64,000 bases of DNA from Bacillota bacterium (GTDB lineage Bacteria; Bacillota; Sulfobacillia; Thermaerobacterales; RSA17): NCBI GenBank assembly GCA_017577485.2, contig PKRI02000004.1, positions 7,862 through 71,861 of the forward strand. The letters run 5' to 3'. Position 1 is the first letter of the stretch; every line of letters begins with the position of its first letter. Below are positions 18,314 to 28,663 of the stretch, piece after piece. Both the position numbers and the translations under genes were made by a program. Below the pieces are notes generated by a model. The model did no database searches, had not been told where the DNA came from, and saw only the letters and a list, made by a program, of their open reading frames with translations.

Positions 18314-18823
18314 TTGTTCAAAGTCGGTGACAAGGTCGTGTACCCGATGCACGGCGCCGGCGTCATCGAAGCCATCGAAGAGAAAGAAGTCCTCGGCGAG
18401 CGGAAGACTTACTACATCATGCGCCTCCCCATCGGCGACATGACCGTGATGATCCCCACCGACGGCGCCGAGGAGATCGGCATCCGGGAAGTCGTCGACG
18501 AGGAACAGCTCGAACGGGTTTTCTCCATCCTGCGGGCCGGCCGCAGCCACATGTCCTCCAACTGGAACCGCCGCTACCGCGCCAATACCGAGAAGCTGAA
18601 GACGGGCGACATCTACGAGGTGGCCGAGGTGGTCCGCAACCTCTCCATCCGCGATCAGGAGAAAGGGCTTTCCACCGGGGAACGAAAGATGCTGGACAAC
18701 GCCAGGCAGATCCTGATCAGCGAACTGGTCCTGGCCCGGGGACTCAGCGAGGACGATGCCCAGCGGCTCCTGGACGAAGTGCTGAGCCGCCACAGCGCCC
18801 AGGCCCAGGACGAGGCCCCCTGA
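18314..18823 (+). CDS. carD: CarD/CdnL-family RNA polymerase-binding regulator
   Basis: FKVGDKVVYPMHGAG, NWNRRYRAN, LSTGERKML. Confidence 0.95.
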   Translation: MFKVGDKVVYPMHGAGVIEAIEEKEVLGERKTYYIMRLPIGDMTVMIPTDGAEEIGIREVVDEEQLERVFSILRAGRSHMSSNWNRRYRANTEKLKTGDIYEVAEVVRNLSIRDQEKGLSTGERKMLDNARQILISELVLARGLSEDDAQRLLDEVLSRHSAQAQDEAP

Positions 18824-18910
18824 GGCGGCGGTATCCGTCGCGGGCCGGGCCTGCCGGCCCTCCCTTCTTGTATAATTGCCCTGATGCCGGCACGGAAAGG
18901 CAGTGAACCA

Positions 18911-19993
18911 GTGTCGCCGCGGCTGACACGGGCCATTTCCGCCGCCGCCGGCGTGGTCGGCGGCCTGGCCGTAGCCTACTATTTCCTGCCCTTTCTGCGG
19001 GTACTGCCCTATTTCGAGGCCTGGGTGCCCGTCACCGTCATGGTGGTGGTGCCCCTGCTCAGCGGCCTGGTGCTGTACCTGGTGAGCCCCGCGGCGGTCC
19101 GCGCCGTGGCCCAGTTGACCGCGTGGCTGGAAGGCCGGCTCAGCACCGCGCCCCTCAGCGACGTGGTGCTGGGCGCCCTGGGGCTGATCGTGGGCCTGCT
19201 GATCGCCAGCCTCCTGAGCGGCGCCCTGGGCCGCATCCCCGTGGTGGGGGCGGTGCTGCCCACGGCCGTGTCGGTGCTGCTGGGCTACCTGGGCTGGCGG
19301 GTGGCCGTGCGCCATCGCGACGACATTCTCTCCCTGGGCCCCCTGGCGCGGCTGGCGGGCCGCACGGCGGCGGGACCGGTGGGCAGCGCCGCCAAGGTGC
19401 TGGATACCAGCGCCATCATCGACGGCCGCATCGCCGAGATCTACGAGGCGGGCTTCCTGGAAGGCCCGCTGCTGATCCCGCAGTTCGTGCTGGACGAACT
19501 GCGGCACATCGCCGATTCCGCCGATCCCCTGCGGCGCAACCGCGGCCGCCGGGGGCTGGATGTGCTGGCGCGGCTGCAGAAGGAACTGGGCGCCGACGTG
19601 CGCATCCTGGCCGATTCCGAAGGCTCCGGCGAGGTGGACAGCCGCCTGGTGCGCCTGGCCCAGCGCCTGGGCGCCCGCATCGTCACCACCGACTTCAACC
19701 TCAACAAGGTGGCGGGGCTGCAGGGCGTGCGGGTGCTCAACATCAACGACCTGGCCAACGCCCTGAAGCCCGTGGTGCTGCCCGGCGAGGACATGGAAGT
19801 CCAGATCATGCGCGAGGGCAAGGAGCCGGGCCAGGGCGTGGGCTACCTGGACGACGGCACCATGATCGTGGTGGAGGACGGTAAGCCCCACATCGGCTCC
19901 ACCATCCAGGTCATCGTCACCAGCGTCCTGCAAACCTCGGCGGGCAGGATGATTTTCGCGCGGCCCAAGGGCGTGGCGCAGCGGGCGCTCTGA
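18911..19993 (+). CDS. Membrane PIN/TRAM-domain protein (YacL family)
   Basis: N-terminal TMs, LDTSAIIDGRI PIN, GKEPGQGVGYLDDGTM TRAM; standard position before ispD. Confidence 0.93.
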   Translation: MSPRLTRAISAAAGVVGGLAVAYYFLPFLRVLPYFEAWVPVTVMVVVPLLSGLVLYLVSPAAVRAVAQLTAWLEGRLSTAPLSDVVLGALGLIVGLLIASLLSGALGRIPVVGAVLPTAVSVLLGYLGWRVAVRHRDDILSLGPLARLAGRTAAGPVGSAAKVLDTSAIIDGRIAEIYEAGFLEGPLLIPQFVLDELRHIADSADPLRRNRGRRGLDVLARLQKELGADVRILADSEGSGEVDSRLVRLAQRLGARIVTTDFNLNKVAGLQGVRVLNINDLANALKPVVLPGEDMEVQIMREGKEPGQGVGYLDDGTMIVVEDGKPHIGSTIQVIVTSVLQTSAGRMIFARPKGVAQRAL

Positions 19994-20012
19994 GGAGGCG
20001 GCGTCCATCGTG

Positions 20013-20714
20013 ATGGAGGTGGCGGCGGTGGTCCCCGCGGCCGGTGCTGCGCGCCGCATGGGCGCCGCCGGAGACAAGCTCTACCTGCCGCTGGCGGGCC
20101 GGCCGGTGCTGGCCCACACCCTGCGGGCGCTGCAGGCCGCCGCCGACCTGGGCATCGGCCGCATCGTGGCGGCGGTGGCCCCGGGAGCGCTGGCGCGCTT
20201 TGAGGCCGAGATCCGCCCCCACTTGCTCCCGTCCCCGCCGGTGCTGGCGGTGGCCGGCGGCGCCACCCGCCAGGAGTCGGTGTGCCGGGGCCTGCAGGCT
20301 GCCGCCGGCGCGCGGTGGGTGCTGGTCCACGACGGGGCGCGGCCGCTGCTGTCCCGGGAGCTGCTGGCCCGCTGCATCGACAGCGCCCGGGCCGGGCGCT
20401 GCGCCGTGGCCGGCCTGCCCCTCAAGGACACCGTCAAGGAAGTGGACGACGGCGGGAGGGTGGTGGCCACGCCGGACCGCCGCCGGCTCTGGGCCGTGCA
20501 GACGCCCCAGGTGTTCCCGCTGGAGGTGCTGGTGCAGGCCCACCGGCAGGCGGCCCGCGACGGCTTCGACGGCACCGACGACGCCGTGCTGGTGGAACGC
20601 CTGGGAATGGAAGTCTACGTGGTCCCGGGCGACGAGGCCAACCTGAAGATCACCACGCCCCACGACCTGCGGGTGGCCGAGATGCTGCTGGGGGCAGGGG
20701 GTGCGTCGTGGTGA
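20013..20714 (+). CDS. ispD: 2-C-methyl-D-erythritol 4-phosphate cytidylyltransferase
   Basis: PAAG..RM, GGATRQES, VHDGARP, QTPQ, NLKITTP. Confidence 0.95.
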   Translation: MEVAAVVPAAGAARRMGAAGDKLYLPLAGRPVLAHTLRALQAAADLGIGRIVAAVAPGALARFEAEIRPHLLPSPPVLAVAGGATRQESVCRGLQAAAGARWVLVHDGARPLLSRELLARCIDSARAGRCAVAGLPLKDTVKEVDDGGRVVATPDRRRLWAVQTPQVFPLEVLVQAHRQAARDGFDGTDDAVLVERLGMEVYVVPGDEANLKITTPHDLRVAEMLLGAGGASW

Positions 20715-21214
20715 ACGGGCTGGGCGAAACCCTGCGCGTAGGCTTCGGTTTCGACGTGCACCGCTTCGCCGCCGGGCGCCCCCTGATCCTGGGCGGCGTG
20801 CGCCTGGAGCACGACCAGGGCCTGGACGGCCACTCCGACGCCGACGTGCTGGCCCACGCCGTCATCGACGCCCTGCTGGGCGCCGCCGGCCTGGGCGACA
20901 TCGGCCGCTGGTTCCCCGACACCGACCCCCGCTACCGCGGTGCCGACAGCCTGGGGCTCCTGGCCCAGGTGGTGGAGCGGCTCCACGCCGAGGGCTGGCG
21001 CGTGGTCAACGTGGACGCTACGGTGGTGGCCGAAGCCCCGCGCCTGGCGCCCCACGCCGGGGCCATGGCCGCCAACCTGGCCCGGATCCTCGAGGTGGAG
21101 GCCGGGCGGGTCAACATCAAGGCCGCCACCTCGGAAGGGATGGGCTTCACCGGCCGCCGCGAGGGCATCGCCGCCTTTGCCGTGTGCCTGCTGGCCCGCA
21201 GCCAGGGCGCCTGA
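20711..21214 (+). CDS. ispF: 2-C-methyl-D-erythritol 2,4-cyclodiphosphate synthase
   Basis: GFDVH, GHSDADV..HA..DA.LGA, GDIG, GF.GR.EGI. Confidence 0.95.
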   Translation: MNGLGETLRVGFGFDVHRFAAGRPLILGGVRLEHDQGLDGHSDADVLAHAVIDALLGAAGLGDIGRWFPDTDPRYRGADSLGLLAQVVERLHAEGWRVVNVDATVVAEAPRLAPHAGAMAANLARILEVEAGRVNIKAATSEGMGFTGRREGIAAFAVCLLARSQGA

Positions 21215-21323
21215 CCGCGGGGTCCCTTTTCCCCCACGCGTACCCGCATTTCACATAGAATGCACGGGATGGGGCCATACTCTCCGACCAGGAAGCGCCT
21301 GGCAATCTCGGGAGGTGGCGCAC

Positions 21324-22108
<785 letters not shown>

Positions 22109-22112
<4 letters not shown>

Positions 22113-22138
22113 CACTCCGGAAAGGCCGTCGCTATAAT
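22109..22138 (+). promoter_or_regulatory. Consensus SigA promoter for the T-box/cysE-cysS operon
   Basis: TTGACA-18nt-TATAAT. Confidence 0.85.
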
Positions 22139-22163
22139 TGCGCCAGAATTGACACGGTTCAGC

Positions 22164-22423
22164 GGCTGTGATCGGGACCTGGCGGTGCGAGGCGCCCCCA
22201 GAGAGGAGCCGCCGTCGGCTGGAAGCGGTTCCGGGAAAGCGCGTACCGCCGCTGCCCCCGGGAGCCGACGGCCGAACGCGCGAACCGGCGCCGTGCGCCG
22301 GCTGCGCCAGTAGGTCGCTCCGGAGCGCCCCGTTAACGGCGTAGAGGGGGCCGGCCTGCCGGGCCGGTCAAGCAGAGTGGGACCGCGGAGCCTTCCGTCT
22401 CTGAGAGACGGGAGGTTTTTTTT
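22164..22423 (+). ncRNA. T-box riboswitch, Cys specifier
   Basis: Stem I with AGAGA and GCTG boxes, TGC specifier at 22253-22255, AGTA and CCGTTA elements, T-box AGAGTGGGACCGCG (22374-22387), terminator hairpin 22391-22415 plus U8. Confidence 0.93.
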
Positions 22424-22461
22424 CAGGCCGACGCGGCGGCCGCCGAAGGGAGGCGGGGACC

Positions 22462-23142
22462 CTGGGCCTCTGGCAAACGCTGCGGGAAGACATCCGCACG
22501 GTCTTCGAGCGCGACCCGGCGGCCAAGAGCACGCTGGAGGTCGTGCTGGCGTATCCCGGGCTTCATGCCATCTGGTTTCACCGCATCGCCCACCGGCTGT
22601 ATCGCTGGCGGCTCTACACCCTGGCGCGGCTGGTTTCCCACATCAGCCGGTTCCTGACCGGCATCGAGATCCACCCGGGCGCCCAGATCGGGCGGCGGTT
22701 CTTCATCGACCACGGGATGGGCGTGGTCATCGGCGAGACCGCGGTGATCGGCGACGACTGCACCCTCTATCAGGGTGTGACGCTGGGCGGCACGGGCAAG
22801 GAGCGGGGCAAGCGCCATCCCACCCTGGGCAACAACGTCCTGGTGGGGGTGGGCGCCAAGGTCCTGGGCAACATCGTCATCGGCGACAACTCCCGCATTG
22901 GGGCCGGTGCCGTGGTGGTCAAGGACGTGCCGCCCAACTGCACCGTTGTGGGGATTCCCGGGCGGGTGGTGATCCGCGACGGCCGGCGGGTGGATCCCCT
23001 GGACCACGGCGACCTGCCCGATCCCGTGCAGGAAGCCCTGGCGGCAATGCGGCGCGACATCAACGCCCTGGCCGCCTCCGTCGCCGAGCTGAACCGCCAG
23101 TACCGGGCGGAACGAGGGGAGGCCGATGCCCATGCCCGTTAA
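22462..23142 (+). CDS. cysE: Serine O-acetyltransferase (probable CTG start)
   Basis: [38 protein letters not shown]; the conserved N-terminus lies upstream of the first canonical start (GTG 22543). Confidence 0.95.
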   Translation: MGLWQTLREDIRTVFERDPAAKSTLEVVLAYPGLHAIWFHRIAHRLYRWRLYTLARLVSHISRFLTGIEIHPGAQIGRRFFIDHGMGVVIGETAVIGDDCTLYQGVTLGGTGKERGKRHPTLGNNVLVGVGAKVLGNIVIGDNSRIGAGAVVVKDVPPNCTVVGIPGRVVIRDGRRVDPLDHGDLPDPVQEALAAMRRDINALAASVAELNRQYRAERGEADAHAR

Positions 23143-24649
23143 GGTCTACAACACCCTGAGCGGCACCAAGGAAACGGTGCAGCCGCCGCCGGGCGGCCGT
23201 TTCACCATGTACACCTGCGGTCCCACCGTTTACGACAGCACCCACGCCGGCCACCTGATCCCGCCCATCGTCGGCGACGTGGTGAAGCGCTACCTGCGCT
23301 CCCTGGGCTACGAGGTGTACTGGGCCCACAACTTCACGGACGTGGAGGACAAGATCATCCGACGGGCCCAGGAAGAGGGCACGACCCCCGAGGCCATCGC
23401 CGAGCGCTACATCGCCGAGTACCTGGAGGTCCTGGAGGACCTGGGCATCGATACCGTCGACGTGTTCCCGCGGGTCAGCCAGCATATGGACGACATCATC
23501 GCCATGATCCAGGCGCTGGTGGACAAGGGTTACGCGTACGCGGTGGACGGCGACGTCTACTTCGACGTGACCAGGTTTCCGGGCTACGGCAAGCTGTCGC
23601 GCCGCTCCCTGGACGAGCTGGAGGCCGGGGCCCGGGTGCAGGTGGACGAGCGCAAGCGCAACCCGGCCGATTTCGCCCTGTGGAAGAGCGCCAAGCCGGG
23701 CGAACCCTCCTGGCCCAGTCCCTGGGGGCCCGGACGGCCGGGATGGCACATCGAGTGCTCGGTCATGGCCTACAAGCACCTGGGCTACCCGGTGGACTTC
23801 CACGGTGGGGGCATCGACCTGATCTTCCCCCATCACGAGAACGAGATCGCCCAGTCCGAGGCTTTCAACGACGGCAGGCCCTTCGTCCGCTACTGGCTGC
23901 ACAACGGCCTGCTGAAGATGGACGCCGAGAAGATGTCCAAGTCGCTGGGCAACTTCGTCAGCGCCCGGGAGCTGCTGGACCGCTATGGTCCCGCGGTGCT
24001 GCGATTCTACGTGCTGTCCCACCACTACCGCAGCCCGCGGGAGTTCAGCGAGGCGCGCCTGGAAGAGGCGCGGCGGGCACAACGGCGGCTGCAGGCGGCC
24101 TACGACGTCCTGCGCGACGCCCTGGACCGGGCCGCGGCCGCCGGTGACGGGCCGCCCGGCGCCGCCGCGGGGGCCGGCAGCGCCGCCGCCGGTGGGGAGG
24201 TGGCCGCCGCCGGCGGCGACGGCGCCGCCGCCCTGCGGGCCGCCGCCCGCGAAGCCCGCGAGGCCTATCACGCCGCCATGCGGGACGATTTCAACACCGC
24301 CGAGGCCATCGCCGCCCTCTTCGACCTGGCCCACGCCGTCAACACCTGCATCCACCGCGGGGAGGCGTCCGGGCCCGGCGGTGCCGAGGCCCTGCGCGCG
24401 GCGCTGGCGGTGTTCGACGAGGCCGACGCCGTGCTGGGCATCCTGCGCCGAGGGCCGGCGGCCGCGGCCCGCGACGACGGACTGCAGCGCGTGGTGGACG
24501 GGCTGGTGGAACTGCTGCTCCAGGTGCGGGAGGAAGCCCGGCAGGAGCGGGACTGGGTGCGCGCCGACCGCATCCGCGACGGCCTGACCCGGCTGGGCTT
24601 CGTCGTCGAGGACACCCCCGCGGGGCCCCGCTGGCGATGGGAGCCGTGA
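23132..24649 (+). CDS. cysS: Cysteine--tRNA ligase
   Basis: CGPTVY, HAGH (HIGH-type), [25 protein letters not shown]. Confidence 0.97.
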   Translation: MPVKVYNTLSGTKETVQPPPGGRFTMYTCGPTVYDSTHAGHLIPPIVGDVVKRYLRSLGYEVYWAHNFTDVEDKIIRRAQEEGTTPEAIAERYIAEYLEVLEDLGIDTVDVFPRVSQHMDDIIAMIQALVDKGYAYAVDGDVYFDVTRFPGYGKLSRRSLDELEAGARVQVDERKRNPADFALWKSAKPGEPSWPSPWGPGRPGWHIECSVMAYKHLGYPVDFHGGGIDLIFPHHENEIAQSEAFNDGRPFVRYWLHNGLLKMDAEKMSKSLGNFVSARELLDRYGPAVLRFYVLSHHYRSPREFSEARLEEARRAQRRLQAAYDVLRDALDRAAAAGDGPPGAAAGAGSAAAGGEVAAAGGDGAAALRAAAREAREAYHAAMRDDFNTAEAIAALFDLAHAVNTCIHRGEASGPGGAEALRAALAVFDEADAVLGILRRGPAAAARDDGLQRVVDGLVELLLQVREEARQERDWVRADRIRDGLTRLGFVVEDTPAGPRWRWEP

Positions 24650-25422
24650 AAGAAACCGAGGTCCTGGCCGGCCGCCGCCCCGTGCTGGAGGCGCTGCGGG
24701 GGCCGCGGCCGGTGCGCCGGGTGCTGATCGCCGCCGGGGCCCGCGGGCGGGTGGTGGAGGAACTGGCGGCGGCCGCCGCTGCCCGGCGGGTGCCGGTGGA
24801 GCGCGCCTCCCGCGACGACCTGGACCGCTGGGCCGCCGGCGTCGACCACCAGGGCGTGGTGGCCCTGGCTGCGCCGCTGCCCCTGGCCGAGGTCGACGAC
24901 CTGCTGGACGCCGCCCGCCGCCGCGGGGAGCCGCCGCTGCTCCTGGTGTGCGCCGAGATTCAGGACCCGCAGAACCTGGGATCCCTGATCCGCAGCGCCG
25001 AGGCCGCGGGCTTCCACGGCGTCATCGTGCCCCGCCACCGCTCGGCCGGGCCGACGCCGGCGGTGGCCCGGGCCTCGGCCGGCGCCCTGGAACACCTGCC
25101 CCTGGCCCGGGTCACCAACCTGAGCCGGTGCCTGGACCGGTTGAAGGAGGCCGGCCTCTGGGTCTGCGCCGCCGCAGGCGACGCCGAGCAGGTCTACTGG
25201 GACGCGTCCCTGACCGGACCGCTGGCACTGGTGGTGGGCAGTGAGGGCCGGGGTATCCCGCCGCTGGTGCGGCGCCACTGCGACTTCGCCGTGCGCATCC
25301 CCATGCGCGGCCGCATCCAGGCCCTCAACGCCGCCGTGGCCGGCGCCCTGATCATGTTCGAAATCGCCCGGCAGCGAGCCCTGTCCGCGGCCGGCGGGAC
25401 CGAAGGCGGCGGGCAGGAATAG
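24646..25422 (+). CDS. rlmB: 23S rRNA Gm2251 methyltransferase (SpoU family)
   Basis: HQGVVA, QDPQNLGS.IRSA, GSEGRG, IPMRG...LNAAVA; start GTG 24646 or ATG 24637. Confidence 0.92.
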   Translation: MKETEVLAGRRPVLEALRGPRPVRRVLIAAGARGRVVEELAAAAAARRVPVERASRDDLDRWAAGVDHQGVVALAAPLPLAEVDDLLDAARRRGEPPLLLVCAEIQDPQNLGSLIRSAEAAGFHGVIVPRHRSAGPTPAVARASAGALEHLPLARVTNLSRCLDRLKEAGLWVCAAAGDAEQVYWDASLTGPLALVVGSEGRGIPPLVRRHCDFAVRIPMRGRIQALNAAVAGALIMFEIARQRALSAAGGTEGGGQE

Positions 25423-25630
25423 ACCATGGGCAAGGGCCGGCGCCGCCGCCGGCGGCGTCATCGACGGCAGGCACCGCGCATAGGCATGGAGTCGGAACTT
25501 GTCCCTGGGCCCGTGAGGGACGGGCTTTCCAGACGGGTGCCCGTCAGGTATCATGTGAGACAAGCCTCACACACACGCGCACTGCGGTACGACGACCTGC
25601 TGCCACTCGCTGTGGATGGAGGCGGTGCCG

Positions 25631-26305
25631 GTGAGCCTGAATGTTCAGGCTGATTGGTTGCCCGACGGGTTTGCCGACATGAGCGACGAGGACCTGGTCG
25701 AGATCGCGCGCAACGGCTCCGACGCCGCCCTGGAATACCTGATCAACAAGTACAAGAACTTCGTCCGCGCCAAGGCCCGCTCGTATTTCCTGATCGGAGC
25801 CGACCGCGAGGACATCATTCAGGAAGGCATGATCGGCCTGTACAAGGCCATCCGCGATTTCCGAGCCGACAAGCTGTCGTCGTTCCGGGCTTTCGCGGAA
25901 CTGTGCATCCAGCGCCAGATCATCACGGCCATCAAGACGGCCACCCGGCAGAAGCACATCCCGCTCAACTCTTACGTTTCCCTGAACAAGCCCATCTATG
26001 ACGAGGATTCGGACCGCACGCTGCTGGACGTGATCTCGGGCACCAAGATCACCGATCCCGAGGAACTGATCATCAGCCGCGAAGAGTTCGGCGACATCGA
26101 GCAGAAGATGGGCGAGATCCTCAGCGACCTCGAGTGGAACGTCCTGATGGCCTACCTGGACGGCAAGTCCTACCAGGAGATCGCCGATCAACTGGACCGC
26201 CACGTCAAGTCCATCGACAACGCGCTGCAGCGGGTCAAGCGCAAGCTGGAGCGCTATCTCGAGAACCGCAACAGCCAGTGGGAGAAGATCACCCGGGCCA
26301 CGTGA
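25631..26305 (+). CDS. sigH: RNA polymerase sigma factor SigH
   Basis: KARSYFLIGADREDIIQEGMIGLYKAIRD, RQKHIPLNSY, KSIDNALQRVKRK. Confidence 0.97.
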   Translation: MSLNVQADWLPDGFADMSDEDLVEIARNGSDAALEYLINKYKNFVRAKARSYFLIGADREDIIQEGMIGLYKAIRDFRADKLSSFRAFAELCIQRQIITAIKTATRQKHIPLNSYVSLNKPIYDEDSDRTLLDVISGTKITDPEELIISREEFGDIEQKMGEILSDLEWNVLMAYLDGKSYQEIADQLDRHVKSIDNALQRVKRKLERYLENRNSQWEKITRAT

Positions 26306-26361
26306 CCGGCGCCGCCGCCGGTTCGACCGCGCCGCCGGTCCCCGGGCCGGCGGCGCCGTTG

Positions 26362-26390
26362 TTGAAGGGCCTGTGCGGCTGTGGTATCAT
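26362..26390 (+). promoter_or_regulatory. SigA-type promoter for the tRNA cluster
   Basis: TTGAAG-17nt-TATCAT with extended TG. Confidence 0.6.
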
Positions 26391-26444
26391 TACGCTCGCC
26401 GCGGTCATCCCGGTTGCGTCCGGGCGGCTTCCCTGGTACAATAC

Positions 26445-26520
26445 GCTGGCGTAGCTCAACGGGTAGAGCGGTCGACTTGTAATCGACAGGTTAGCGGTTC
26501 GAGTCCGCTCGCCAGCTCCA
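26445..26520 (+). tRNA. tRNA-Thr(TGT)
   Basis: Cloverleaf, anticodon arm GTCGA-CTTGTAA-TCGAC, GTTCGA, encoded CCA. Confidence 0.97.
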
Positions 26521-26538
26521 GTTTGACCCGGCAATTTT

Positions 26539-26621
26539 GGAGAGGTACCGAAGCGGCCAAACGGGGCAGACTGTAAATCTGCTGGCTCTTGCCTTCGGAG
26601 GTTCGAATCCTCCCCTCTCCA
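26539..26621 (+). tRNA. tRNA-Tyr(GTA)
   Basis: GCAGA-CTGTAAA-TCTGC, long variable arm; CCA not encoded. Confidence 0.96.
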
Positions 26622-26680
26622 CAAGAAGCTTGCGGCCCCGGCGCCGTCGCGGTGTGCGGGGCCGGTCAACCCAGGTTTGA

Positions 26681-26757
<77 letters not shown>

Positions 26758-26808
26758 TTGCACGGCCCGGAGATGAAGGTGATCCCGGATCCGGCCGATT
26801 TTTTTGGC

Positions 26809-26881
26809 GCTGGCGTAGCTCAGTAGGCAGAGCACCTCCATGGTAAGGAGGGGGTCGGCGGTTCGATTCCGCCCGCCAGCT
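26809..26881 (+). tRNA. tRNA-Thr(GGT)
   Basis: CCTCC-ATGGTAA-GGAGG, GTTCGA; CCA not encoded. Confidence 0.96.
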
Positions 26882-26948
26882 CAGGGGCCCGGCGCAGCCG
26901 GGCCTTGCATGTCGGCAGGGCACCGTCCCGCGGTCGGGAGGAAGCGCC

Positions 26949-27110
26949 ATGGCGTCGGAGGTTCGCGTCATCGTCACGCTGGAGTGCACCCAGTGCAAGC
27001 GCCGGAATTACTCGACCACCAAGAACCGGCGCACCATGCAGGGGCGGCTCGAACTGCGCAAGCACTGCCCCCACTGCAACGCCCACACCTTGCACCGCGA
27101 AACGCGGTGA
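26949..27110 (+). CDS. rpmG: 50S ribosomal protein L33 (Zn-binding form)
   Basis: Manual translation [26 protein letters not shown]...[18 protein letters not shown]; GGAGG SD. Confidence 0.96.
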   Translation: MASEVRVIVTLECTQCKRRNYSTTKNRRTMQGRLELRKHCPHCNAHTLHRETR

Positions 27111-27135
27111 GTTAAAATACGGCTGCAGTTTTTCT

Positions 27136-27209
27136 AGGCCCGTAGCTCTAACTGGCAGAGCAGCGGACTCCAAATCCGCGGGTTGGGGGTTCGAATCCCT
27201 CCGGGCCTG
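27136..27209 (+). tRNA. tRNA-Trp(CCA)
   Basis: GCGGA-CTCCAAA-TCCGC, GTTCGAA; 3' CCA not encoded. Confidence 0.95.
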
Positions 27210-27349
27210 CAGGTTCGAGAAAGCGGCCTCAGGAGCGGTCGCAGCGTGGTCAACCGCATATGCCGTAAGGTCTTCTTTTTTTGTGGCGGGCCGGCGGCCG
27301 GCCGGTCCCGACCCAGGCCACGCCGGCGACGGGATGGGACGTGGGCGTC

Positions 27350-27550
27350 GTGAAGTTCTTTCAGCGCATCGGTCGTTTCCTGCGGCAGGTTTGGTCCGAG
27401 CTGCGCAAGGTGGTGTGGCCCACCCGGCGCCAGACCGCCATCTTCACCGGCGTGGTCTTCCTGTCGGTGGTGGTGGTGGCGGTCCTGACCTGGGCCTTCG
27501 ACACCATCTTCAGCGCCCTGCTCTCGCTGGTGATCGATGTTGGATCCTGA
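27350..27550 (+). CDS. secE: Preprotein translocase SecE
   Basis: [16 protein letters not shown] plus one TM; start approximate (GTG 27341 or 27350). Confidence 0.92.
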   Translation: MKFFQRIGRFLRQVWSELRKVVWPTRRQTAIFTGVVFLSVVVVAVLTWAFDTIFSALLSLVIDVGS

Positions 27551-27569
27551 GGCTGGGGGGCGCAAGCCC

Positions 27570-28199
27570 ATGGACCTGGTGAAGGACGACCAGGCGGAAC
27601 TGGAAACCGAGGGCGAAGCCGAGGAGTCCGACGGCGCGGCGTTCGATCCCGCCAGCGAAGCCGAACTGGTCCACCCCGACGCGCGCTGGTACGTGATCCA
27701 CACCTATTCCGGTTACGAGAACAAGGTCAAGGCCAATCTGGAGAAGCGCGTCGAGTCCATGCAGATGGGGGGACAGATCTTCAAGGTCTTCGTCCCGGTG
27801 GAGGAACAGATCGAGGTCAAAGACGGCAAGCGCCGCATCGTTCAGCGCAAGATTTTCCCGGGCTACGTGCTGGTCCAGATGATCATGACCGACGACTCCT
27901 GGTACGTGGTCCGCAACACGCCCGGGGTCACGGGCTTCGTGGGGGCCGGCGGCAAGCCCACGTCGCTGGACCAGGCCGAGGTCGAGCGCATCCTGCGCCA
28001 GATGGGCATCGAGCGGCCGAAGCCCAAGATCGACTTCGAGATCGGCGAGAGCGTCAAGGTGCGGTCGGGCCCCTTCGAGGGGTTCGTGGGCGTCATCGAC
28101 GACATCAACGCCGAGAAGGGCAAGATCAAGGTCCTGGTCTCCATGTTCGGCCGGGAAACGCCCGTGGAACTGGATTTCTCGCAGGTGGAGAAACTCTAG
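27570..28199 (+). CDS. nusG: Transcription factor NusG
   Basis: [43 protein letters not shown]. Confidence 0.97.
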   Translation: MDLVKDDQAELETEGEAEESDGAAFDPASEAELVHPDARWYVIHTYSGYENKVKANLEKRVESMQMGGQIFKVFVPVEEQIEVKDGKRRIVQRKIFPGYVLVQMIMTDDSWYVVRNTPGVTGFVGAGGKPTSLDQAEVERILRQMGIERPKPKIDFEIGESVKVRSGPFEGFVGVIDDINAEKGKIKVLVSMFGRETPVELDFSQVEKL

Positions 28200-28215
28200 G
28201 AGGCTGGTCCGGACC

Positions 28216-28641
28216 ATGGCCAAGAAAGTCATCGGGCAGATCAAGCTGCAGATTCCCGCCGGCAAGGCCACGCCCGCGCCGCCGGTGGGCCCGGCCCTCG
28301 GTCAGTACCAGTTGAACATCATGGGCTTCTGCAAGGAGTTCAATGCCCGCACCCAGGACCAGGCGGGGCTCATCATCCCCGTGGTCATCACCGTTTACGC
28401 CGACCGCTCCTTCACCTTCGTGACCAAGACGCCGCCGGCCCCGGTGCTGCTCAAGCGGGCCGCCGGCCTTGAGAAGGCCTCGTCGGCGCCCAACAAGGAG
28501 AAGGTCGGGCGCGTGACCCGCAAGCAGGTCGAGGAGATCGCCCGCACCAAGCTTCCCGACCTCAACACCACCGACCTGGCTGCGGCCATGCGCATGATCG
28601 AGGGTACGGCGCGCAGCATGGGCATCGAAGTGGTCGACTGA
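28216..28641 (+). CDS. rplK: 50S ribosomal protein L11
   Basis: [16 protein letters not shown]. Confidence 0.98.
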   Translation: MAKKVIGQIKLQIPAGKATPAPPVGPALGQYQLNIMGFCKEFNARTQDQAGLIIPVVITVYADRSFTFVTKTPPAPVLLKRAAGLEKASSAPNKEKVGRVTRKQVEEIARTKLPDLNTTDLAAAMRMIEGTARSMGIEVVD

Positions 28642-28663
28642 GCGGGTTTGGGAGGTCAGCGTC

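Noticed and set aside
26414-26442. Second promoter-like TTGCGT-17-TACAAT before tRNA-Thr
   Set aside because: The -10 ends 2 nt before the tRNA, so transcription would start inside the acceptor stem; the upstream promoter was preferred.
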